Source: Diplonema japonicum (taxonomy: Eukaryota; Protista; Euglenozoa: Diplonemea). Taken from it: a DNA stretch of 64,000 nt. The first letter of the stretch is position 1. Every line of letters begins with the position of its first letter. The translations under genes and the position numbers were made by a program. The stretch lies in the NCBI GenBank assembly GCA_964019335.1, contig OZ025745.1, forward strand, positions 124,001-188,000, given 5' to 3'. Positions 54,126-64,000 of the stretch are shown here, piece by piece. The notes beneath the pieces were generated by a model that was given only the letters and a program-made list of their open reading frames with translations, was not told the origin of the DNA and ran no database searches.

Positions 54126-55774
54126 TTCCCCCCCCTCGGAATGGAGTGTTTTCCCTTGAAAATGGGTGAGAACTTTTTTTTTTTTTTTTTTTTTTTGATT
54201 GCGTGATTTTCCTTTCCTAGAATCTGAGGGGTCTAAAATCCGGGAAAAAGTGACAATGAGGAATACCCGACTCCATTCGTGATCTTCAGGAGCCCGAAAC
54301 ACTGACTAGTCGATGGCCACCGGACGTCAGAGGTGACACGCAAGCTAAATCTGGGCTAGAATAGTGTCTTTATGCATTTTTGTGCATTTCAGTATTTATT
54401 TTCGCTTTTTTTTTTGCTGCTTCCCCCCCTTACAAAAAAAGGGCATTGGGTCAAAAATCATGACGTCAAAAGCTAGCTCAGGGCCTGAATGTGCAACTTT
54501 TTTTAGGGAATTGTGGGCTTAGTGGCTTTAAAAAAAAAAAAGAATAAAAGAATAAAAGAATAAATATAAATAAATAGGGTGAAATAGGGGAAATCGTGTG
54601 CATTCAAGACAGAATGTAATAGAGGAGAACGGGAGGGGGGAAAAAAAAAGGAAAGACTCAAAGAGGGAGATGAAAAAAAAAGTACGGATTTGAGTGACTA
54701 TTATGCAAAAACCCCGCAAACTTTTTTCTCACTCAAAAGCGCTCTCTCTCTCACTCTCTTTTCTTTGCCTATTACTACTATTTTTTTTTTTTTTTTTTTT
54801 TTTTTTAAATGAGTGTTTGGTGTTGTCGTCGTCAGAAAAAAAAAAAAAAAAAAAAAAGGAAAGTCTCATTTTTCCCTTCGCTGTCTGGTAGGAACGCTAA
54901 GCCGACTCACAACACGACAGGTGAACGGAAATTTTTTTCGATCAGAATTCCCAACGGAAATTATTCCCAGATCACCCCGTATGAAGAAAAAACTCAAAGT
55001 GCAGGACAAACCCCCTCATGGAGGGCCGCCCTTGAAAAAAAAAAAAGAAATTACTCTTAGTTTACAACGGGGCGAAACAACAAAAAAGAAAATCGTTAAA
55101 AAAAATTTTTTTTTTGAAAAAAGAGGCAGGGTAAAAAAAAGAGATCACGTTAATGAAACGGGGGGGGGGGGGGGGGGTTAAACAACAAAACCCGCTGGGA
55201 AAAAAAAAAAAATAGCAATTCTAAAAATAACCAATTACGTTGACTGTTCTCCTGTACGAGGTACAAGAAAGCCATTCCTAGGGCCCGTGGGCTTTTTGAG
55301 AGGTTTTTTTTTTTTATTCCAAAAAAAAAAAAAGAATTTTCACGACACTCTTGAAATTACCTTCGTAAATGAATAATAGCTATTTACTGCCGATAAAAAT
55401 TGCGACTTAACAACCGTGACATCGAGGTACCGTATAAAGTCCTTCCTCGGCAGCCAGCTGATAAAATTGGCCTACAGTGGTTGTCACGGAAAAAAAAAAC
55501 TATTATTTTACCGCGAGAGAATTTCACAAGAGTGACATCAAAGATAAAGTTTCAGTGCACATTAGGGGGGGGGGGGGGGGGGGATCTTACCGTTCAAGGA
55601 AGAAAAATTCACGTGGTGGTGTAGGACAACATTTTTCCCCTCTAAAAAAAAAAAAAAAATACCCTCTTTGCCACGATAGGGATCCCAAAGATCCAGATGA
55701 ATAGGAAGAACAAAAAATTTCTTTTGATAAATTTCGGTGTGCGGGTGGGTGCTCACCGTGGGAGAAAAAAAAAT

Positions 55775-55899
55775 TCACTATGATAGGAACGAAGTGGTTA
55801 GCAACGGCCCGCCGCGGTGGCGTGCCTACCTTATGATGCTCCCCTTTTGGGGTCGTTCCCTGCTACCCACCGTAGTGCCTAGCTGTCGTTTATATCTTC
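55775..55899 (-). repeat. Shorter copy of the LINE 3' end found at 6523-6752
   Basis: Near-identical to 6523-6648; flanked by T-runs on the minus strand. Confidence 0.85.
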
Positions 55900-55946
<47 letters not shown>

Positions 55947-58116
55947 CAAGAGGGAGGGGGAACCACCTATGCTCCAACTAACCAAGCTTTTTCTTTTTTT
56001 TTTTTAATTCTTTCTCCCTCCTCCCTTCCGTTTATTTCTCCCGTTCCTCACCTCTTTCCCCCATCTATTTAAACCGTGAAATGAAAGGGACAAACAAAAA
56101 GAGAAGGGGGAGAAAAAAAAAACTCATAGTAAAAGACAATCCCACTCGAGGACAGCCTCTTGTGGTGTGAGTTCCTATCTATTAATGCTCCCCTTCTGGA
56201 GCATAGCCTTCGTTCGAAAAAAGAAATCGACTTTTTTTTAACGTAAAAGCGTCACAAAAATCAACAGCAGTCCGCGAGAATAAAAAAAAAAAAAAACTTT
56301 GAGGAACCTGCAATGTGTGACCAGATCGTCTTTAAAAAAAATAAATAAACACCACTCCACATATTTTCTTTACATTTTTTTTTTGCTCCCCTCCCTTTAA
56401 AAAGGGGATCAGAATAGTTGATGCTCAACCACCTGCAAAGAGAGAGAGAGAGGGGGGGGGGGGGGGGGGGGGGGGGGGAAGGGATGTAATTTCAAGCCAA
56501 TACCAACCCCATCTTTCCCCCCTAATTTTGATTTTTTTTTCCTGTGCGTCGCTGGGGGGGGGGGGATAAAGAAAATAAAGGTATTAAGAAGGGCCGGGGG
56601 CCCTTAAATAACTTGCATTCTAGAAGGGGAGGAAGGGAGGGGAAAAAAAAAAAAAAAAAACAAGATACCTGAAATAGCTTCAGTCGGAAGGGTGGGGGAT
56701 GAGGTAGGGAGCAGACGAAAAGATAGAAAGCTACTTCTTCTTTTTTTTTTTTTCTCTTTCCTCAGAGTTTTTTTTTTTGTTTCCCCCCACTTGTGTTAAG
56801 AAAAATAAAAGCCCATAAATGACTGTTTTGCCCCAAAAGGGAATATCCTCCCTTCCTGCATGAACCTAATTGATCAATACTATTCTTTTAAATACTTTCG
56901 GCTTTCTTAACTGCAAAATAACACCATGCAGCAAAAATTTTATTCACATTTTCTTTTTTTTTTCTCCCCTCCAATAATTAAAATTTTTTTTGAACAGAAT
57001 AGAATAATAATATCCCCCCCCCCCTTCCTTTTTGCAGTTAAGAAAAAAAAAGGGTGTATTACAAAATACCCCCCCCTTTTTTTGTTTTCCCTTGTCCTCA
57101 TCTTTTCTTTCAATGCCACCAATCATGCCACTTACTGCCATTTTAAGTGTAACCATCACCATTTTTTTTTTTTTTTGGTGAAAGTTTGATTTAGGGCAAC
57201 GGGTTTCTCTCCTCTACTTTTTTTTTTTTTTGAATTAAAAAAAAAGTATAAAAAGAGAGAAAAAGAAGAAGGTGTCAATTTTTTTTTTTTAAATCTTTTT
57301 TTTTTTTTTTTTTTTTTTTTTTCGAAGGTTGCATGGATTCTCTCTAAGAACCCAACCCGAGAACCTTTGATTTGCATTCTAAAAAATATTTTTACGGGCT
57401 TTTATGAGAATTTAAAAAAGAGAAGAAAAAAAGGTGTCGTTGAAGGGTACCTTTGGCCGTGAACTCCAGGGCGCGAAGACCTTTCTGTTGGAATCAGGTG
57501 ATTCTCACTTCCTTTTTGGTGCATCCTGTCCAGGACATCGATGTCGGGGATTCTTCCGAGTTTCCTAGCCCACCATGCCAGATCTTCACCACTAAAAAAA
57601 AGGGGTGGAAAAGTTGTTAACCTACTAACATACAACCTAGCAGAGAGAGGGACACAAGAAAAAAAGAAAATCAATGGGAAAGTGAAAAAGTCAAGAAGAA
57701 AAAAAAAGAAGAAGAAAGAGCAAACTTCAACCATTTTCTTTTGTTGTTGTTCTCCATCTTCTTTTTTTTTTTTTTTTTTTCCTTCTTTTTTTAAATATCC
57801 CCCTTCTCTTCTTTATCCTTTCCCCCCCCCCCAGTTTAATTGGAAAAAAAAAAAAAAGGAAAAAAAGAATCAGGAACATATGATGGGGAGACCCACCGAA
57901 AAAAGGGAGGGTGGGGGGGGGATAGGCTGAAGAAATGCGATAATAAAAAGTAACTTTCTGTGCTTGCCATAAAAAGAGAGAAGAAAAAAAAAAAAGATGA
58001 AAATTCACATGGTGGGAAGAAACAGGAAAAATCGGATTTCATTTTTTTTTTTTTTTTTTTTTTTTTCAAAAAGATTTTTATGCTGCGACGATGGTAAAAG
58101 TGTTTCCGCTCGCCTG

Positions 58117-58147
<31 letters not shown>

Positions 58148-58148
<1 letters not shown>

Positions 58149-58435
58149 ACTGTAAAGTGAAAAAAACTCCCTCACTGACAAATATCTTGCTAAAAAACTA
58201 GTTTGGCGCTCCATTTGTTTGTGCGCACGACCGGAATTTAAGGTCTACATCGTTCCGGGTTTGCGGATTTTACCTAATAAAATAGCTCATTACGCTGCCA
58301 TCAACTAGTTTTTAGTCTCGACAATAATATTGTTAAAACAAAAAAAAAAAAACTAGAAAAAAAAAAAAAAAAGAAAATAAATCTTCGATAAAGTTACTCC
58401 ACCGTCTGAGTTCCTACATTTTTCACTTTACAATA
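58148..58435. mobile_element. Degenerate MITE, possibly Tc1/mariner/pogo-derived
   Basis: TACTGTAAAGTGAAAAA ... TTTTTCACTTTACAATA terminal inverted repeat (1 mismatch) with outer TA; internal inverted AAAAACTAGTT/AACTAGTTTTT. Confidence 0.5.
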
Positions 58436-60582
58436 TTCTATTTTATTTTTTGGCCTATTTTCATGCATAACGGCTACAAGAAGAAAAAAAAAAAGAAAAA
58501 AGAAAAAAAAGCCTCCTCCCTAGTAAAGGTTTCGACACTGGTTAACATTCATTTCTTTTTTTTTTTTTTTTTTTTCCCCTTCCCCCGACAACTACCATAA
58601 CAAAAGTTTCTGATCATGTAACAACAAAAAAAAAAAAGAAAAAAAAAGCTTGTTGGAACCAATTACCATTTGTGCCTTTTTTTTTTTCTCTTTTTTTTTT
58701 CTTCTTTCTTTTTCTATAAAAAGTTTGTTACCTCTTAATGCTGCCTGTTATTTTTATTTTTTTCTTTTTTTAAAAAAAGAAAAGACGGAGGGAAGAGAGG
58801 AGAGAAAGTGGCTACTACAAATAGGTGTAGGAAGTGGTCAGCAACGGCCCACAAAAAAAAAAAAAAAAAAAAAAAAAAGAAGCGCAACACCACAAGCTAC
58901 ACTAAAACTTAAAAGTACTCCTAAAGTAGAAGACTGTTTTCTAGGGGGAGAGAGTTTTCACTTTATTGCCTATGTGTTCCTTGGAAAAAAAAGGGGGGGG
59001 TTACCCAGTGATCAAAGCAGATATTTCTGTTTTTTTTTCTCCCTTCTATTTTCTTTCTTTTCTTTTATTCTTGTTGCGAACCCATTTTTTTTTTTTAAAG
59101 GGTGGGATTATTGATAGTTGGCATTAGCCGTAAGAGGTTTTTTTTTATTTTAAATAATGTATACAAAAAAAAAAAAAAGAAGTTGAGGGTAGTGTGTTTT
59201 TTGTAGGAAGAAAAAAAATTAAACTTAAAAATAAAACCTTGTGGGCAAGAAAGTAAGACTCCCTCCCCCCACCCCCAACATTTTTTTGTTGAAAAAGAAC
59301 TGGAGAGATGACAGTCTTTCCTTTTTTTTTTTCCTCCTGCGATTTTCCTTCGTTTGTGCTTTCTTTGGATGAATCCTCTCCAAAATTATGGAAAACTCGG
59401 GGGGGGGGGGGGGGAGAAAAATTAACTACCGAAGTATTTAAACATCAGAAAGAAGTAGAAAAAAAATAAATTAGATTTTTTTTTTTTTTTTTTTTTTTTT
59501 TTCCCCGCGCAGCAGCGTGCTGAGTCGAAGGGGAGGGGCAATAATGAATAATAATAAAAAAAAAACTTTTCTGCATTCTTCTTTCTCGCTGCTTTCAAAC
59601 CATTGTGAACAAAATGGTAGTTTTTTCTTTCTTTTTTTTTTTTTTTTTTCCTCGGGATGTGGAGATAAGGAAGAAAGAAGAAATACGTGAGTACTTCTTT
59701 AGCAAATGTAGAGTTGTGTATTTAAAGGGAAAAAGGTAGTTAAAAAAAAGGAATGAGCTGGTCTCCAATGCTCCCCTGGACTTTGCTATTTTCTTTTTCT
59801 TTCAATTTGAAAGTAAAGGCTTGCGTGGTGACACCTTAGGAAAATGGTTACTGGTGCAACTCAAGAAGAAACAAAAAAGAAAGAATAAAAAGAGGGGGGG
59901 GGAGAGGAAATAGAAAAATTACAAATCCACACTCCAAGCAAATGGCTCACGAAAGAAAGAAAGAAATTTAAAAAAAAAAATGGTAGAGGAAGGAGGAAAG
60001 GAATAAGAAGGGAATAAAAGAACAAAAAAAGGGGGGGTTTTTTTTTCTTTCTGTGTCACAGTAAACTTTCCCCTCCCTGATTTTTTTTTTGGGGGGCGGG
60101 GTTTCATTGTGCCGTGTTCTTCCTGATGGACAAAAGAAAAAAAAAGTGCATAAAATAACTGCATGAATATAAGGAGCTGTACGTCTTCTTTTCTTTTTTT
60201 TTAAAATCAAACGCCCTGCCACTATTTAGAAAAAAAAGGGGTGGGGTGGGGTGGGGGGAGGAGGACCAAAGTGGAGGGGGGGGGGGGGGGGGGGGGGGGA
60301 CACCCCAATAACGAAATGGGGAGAAGGGGGGGGGAGAAAGAAAAATCTTTTTTTTAAAAAAAGAAGAAAAAAAAAACCCCCCCAAAAAGCCCTGACAGAA
60401 GGCAAGGAACGGGATGGGAGCATTCACAAAGTGCCGCGATACCTAGTCTGGTCACGAAACATTCATGGTGATATATATATATATTTTTTTTTTCACTAAG
60501 CAAATTTCTTTTTTTTCTTCTTCTTCAAACTCTCTTTTAATTTGCTACCCCCTTTTTAAATCCCTTCTTCATTCTCCTGAAG

Positions 60583-60613
<31 letters not shown>

Positions 60614-61766
60614 TCACCCCTCTCTTTTTTTTTTCTTTTTTTCTGGCTGCTGGATTCAAAAGCCAGAGTTGGAGGCTCGTGATGATCTCCTTCATCCTCC
60701 CCTTCTTTTTTTTTTTTTTTTTTCTTCCTATCTTTCTTCTTCAAGCCCAACGATCGGTTCATTTTTATTTCTTCTTTTTATATTGGATTTGGGGGGGGAA
60801 AAAAAAAACTGGTCATCATCAAATCACAGTACACCAAATCTGATCTTTGGCATTTCTTTTCCCCCCACAACAGATCACCCCCTCTGACTGGCTAAGTTCC
60901 CTCTTCCATTCCCCTCCCCCTTAACCTTCCAAAGTCTGCGTAATCAGCATTTTGAGAAAACACCGCTCAACTACAACTAGGCAGGAGAAACAGGGGAGAA
61001 AATGGGGTGGAAAGGGGGAAGAAGGGGAGGGGGGGGGGGGGGAAGAAAAAAAAGAGAAAAAAAAAAGAGAACAACATTCAATGTTTGCCCCGTATGTATC
61101 CTTTTTTTTTTTTTTTTTTTCTTCTCTTCTTTCATTTCGAGAGAGGAAGCAGCTGTACTAGGGACGCTTTCTTCTTTTTCTGGTTTTTATTTCTCTTTTT
61201 TTTGGGGGATATCAGCGTTTCGATCAAAAAAAAAAGGGAAAAAAAAAAATAAAGGAGGCCAGTGTTGGTGGCGACCTGCAAAAAAAGAAAAAAGAAAAAA
61301 AAAAAGACTATTACTTGGCGTTAAGTAGGGAGGGAACCCAAATCCAAGTTTTCCACCTTTTGCTTTTCCACTTTGAATCTAAAGGGCCTCCCGGAGGGAA
61401 TTTTTGGGGGAAGAAAAAGCTACCTAGAAAGGAGGGCCTTTCATAAAGTAATATGGATGGGGGTGGGGGGTGGGAAGGGAATAGCAACTCACTTGAACAA
61501 TATAAAAAAAAAAAGAAATTAGACAAGTTTTGCATTTTTTCTTTTCTTCTTCATTTCTTTTTTTTTCTTTTCTTACCCCCCAGTTTTGTCCTATTTTTGT
61601 GGGTCCCCCGTTTTTTTTTTTTACGGTTGGGCTGAAAAAAAAGAAGGGGAAAGGAAAGTACGATTTGTATTTGTATTTTTTCCCCCCCTTTTTTTATTTT
61701 CATTCCTACAAATTCAAGGGGAGGAAAACACGCACACACAAAAGAGAAAAGAAGATATAAAAAAAA

Positions 61767-61804
61767 TATATGAGTTAAAGGAGGCCGGTGTTGGCGGCGC
61801 CCTG
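61767..61804 (-). repeat. 5'-truncated 3' end of the 12561-12883 element (another fragment at 61250-61280)
   Basis: tatatgagttaaaggaggccggtgttggcggcgccctg is identical to 12561-12598. Confidence 0.8.
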
Positions 61805-61822
61805 TGTAAAAAAATGAAATAA

Positions 61823-62778
61823 CCCCTAAAGGCCCGGAGCCTATCTACGGTACCCTCCCATTTTCGTTGTTGCTTTAAATACTCAAAAAAAGGGCAGCAT
61901 GCAACCATAGGAAGGTGCAAGGAAAGGTAAACGGTACTAAAACTTTCAATTCCAGGTGCCAGATTCAGATGAGAACACTTAACTATGTGTGTAAGAGGGG
62001 GGTTGAGGGGGTACTTTTTATGTCCGTTTTGGGGGGTCTTGTCGTGGGGGGTCCGTGGAGTTATGGCTGGGCTAAAAAGGGCAGCATTCAGCCCTATTTG
62101 GTGCCCTGAACTCTAGGATTGAGGTCAGTCTGGAGACTTTTTGGGGCTGTGGGATGAAAAAAGCAACTTGTGAGTTTTTTTTTCTAGCTGGGGTAGCATG
62201 CAAGGGTAAAAAACACGTTTTGCATAAGGGGGTTTTGCAACAGGGGCACCACGTTTGCACCTTCTTCCCGTACCCAGGAACAGCACAGAGCACCCTCCTC
62301 ACCTTCGTTCCGTCTTGAATCGAAACGACCGTTCGTGGAAGAAACTATGAGCTCAAGTACCGCGTGTGCAAAAAAAAAGATTAAAAACACCCTCCTCATT
62401 GGCCGCTTCACCTAGAGGTGTCCTAAGCCCACCTTTTCACGGAAATGATATGTTTTGGGCCTTTGGGAGTATTTCTCCCACCCAAGCATCGTTTCCGGCC
62501 CCTCTTTGACCGCCTCATCGTCTTTTTCTTCTTTTTCTGACCAGTCGGGGGAGACTCACGTTTTCGCTGCTATTTTGACCATCTGATTTCATTTTAAGCC
62601 AACCCTGCCGGTTTCAATTAAAACAAAACTTTTAACGCAAAATGTAGTTCCAAGACAAAATAAACCGCGCAACAATGCCATATTTTGAAGTCCAGGGGCC
62701 GTGTTCAAAAAAAAAGTACTTAGCGAAAAAAGCAAATTTTGAAATAAGGACAAAAACGTCCGCGCGGGCGTTTAGGGG
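61823..62778 (-). mobile_element. Internally deleted piggyBac derivative, copy 3 (956 bp)
   Basis: Same TIRs; ATAA duplicated on both sides; ~800-bp deletion with junction near 62313. Confidence 0.92.
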
Positions 62779-63842
62779 ATAAAGAAAAAAATTCTTAAAG
62801 CTTTTGAAAAAGAATATAAAAAAAAAAATTCACACAGGAATTTTGTACCTCCCTGCAGTTTTTTCTTTCTCTCTCTTCTTTTATTCGTTCGCTTTTTTTT
62901 TCTCTTCCCCCCCCCCTCCCCTTCAGCGTCAAAAGAATTTATATGTTTAATTAAAACCGAATATCTTTTTCTTTTTAGAAATAGATCCTCTCAGCACCCG
63001 TTTGAATTCCCCTGAGGGGCACTGGGTAGTTCTTAGGATTTTGATACTTTTATTTTTCTTTTTTACTTTTTTTTTTCTCTTCGTTTTTCTTCGTTCTGAT
63101 TTGGAAAATCTTTTTTTTGGAAGTCTTTTTTTTTCTTTCTCCTTTGTTTCTCGAGCTTGAGGGGGTATTTTTTTTTTTTTTGTTCGCCCTGCTCTTGCGC
63201 GTACTGACTTACTTTTATGGGGAGGGGGAAGCTCGGGGGTTTTCCCCTTCCAGTTTTGTTGCTACTTCTGCCTAATTTCTTTGAAGTTCTTGTCTCACCA
63301 AATATCGGAAAGACCTCCAAAAAAAAGAAGGGGGGAAAAAAAAAAAGAAGAAAAACAATAACAACAACAAAACTACGGGGGGTTGATCAAATTACTTTTT
63401 TTTTCCTTCTTTTTTTCGCTTCTTTCCTTTTTTTTTTTTTTTTTTTTTTGAAACTTTCTTAATGAAGGTAGAACAGCCAATCACACAAGAATAGTACATG
63501 TGAATAAGAAAGAAAGAAGAAAAAAAAGGGGGAGATTTACATAGTACGGGGGGGGGGGGGGGATTAGCAACTACACCCCCCCCCAAAAAAATAACATTGC
63601 CAATAAGTCAGTCTCAGCATTCAAATCCCTTCTGCCTCCTCTTTTTGGCCACGCCTTCTCAAATTGGCATGAAAAAGACCAAAGGGTCATGCCAACCGCA
63701 AGAAGAAACAGAATAAAAAGGAAGAATGGGGAATGACAATATTTTTTTTCTTTTTTTTTTTTTTTTAAAGGATGGAGGTGCTAACTTAACCCCCGCCCCC
63801 GCTCTTTTTTTTTTTTTTTTTTTAAATAAAATATCCCCGAGA

Positions 63843-64000
63843 TTACATAGTTGCCGCCTCACGTGCCCTCAACGTATTGGAGTTCCTCAAACAGGAGCGC
63901 TGGTAAGCCAATTTTTGATGTTGTTCGGCAATGGTCCGACAATTCTTAATCCAAGGGATGATCATTGACCTACTAGCCACGCAGTTGACGTCCAGAGCAT
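63843..64000 (-). CDS. Possible 3' end of a gene entering from beyond the window
   Basis: Homopolymer-free stretch with one open minus frame (ALDVNCVASRSMIIPW...REAATM*). Confidence 0.3.
   Translation of the reverse strand, partial: ALDVNCVASRSMIIPWIKNCRTIAEQHQKLAYQRSCLRNSNTLRAREAATM

Noticed and set aside
31-54159. Many plus-strand ORFs of 100-400 aa
   Set aside because: They are antisense shadows of GC-rich minus-strand CDSs and have no recognisable motifs.
57430-57600. EDLAWWARKL fragment resembling a DIRS/VIPER RT-RNase H linker
   Set aside because: Only a short LxWW match with no other motif.
1-64000. tRNA, rRNA or CRISPR arrays
   Set aside because: None recognised by eye; no regularly spaced repeat-spacer pattern.

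Overview
Eukaryotic nuclear DNA with GC-rich coding islands separated by A/T/G homopolymer-rich spacers. All ~18 host protein genes I can support are on the minus strand. Their introns are tiny (mostly 33-60 nt, GT-AG, usually GTATG donors). This organisation suggests polycistronic transcription in a euglenozoan, probably diplonemid-like (inference, not proven). Recognisable host genes: LRR protein, YdjC deacetylase, GT32 glycosyltransferase, two Sel1/TPR-like paralogs, spastin, 2OG-Fe(II) oxygenase, PCIF1-like methyltransferase, GCN1, phosphohexomutase and XPG. The main discovery is an intact 6.5-kb non-LTR retrotransposon (17655-24158, minus) combining four features: (i) an HDV-like self-cleaving ribozyme that defines its 5' end and overlaps the ORF1 coding sequence; (ii) an OTU cysteine-protease domain in ORF1; (iii) ORF1 and the APE-RT ORF2 in the same frame, separated only by the TMV-type leaky stop CAA-TAG-CAA-TTA; (iv) poly(T) flanks instead of a poly(A) tail. 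Two short non-coding elements carry related HDV-like ribozymes with covarying stems, and several truncated retro-copies also sit in T-runs. Three non-autonomous piggyBac copies all have TTAT/ATAA rather than TTAA target duplications.
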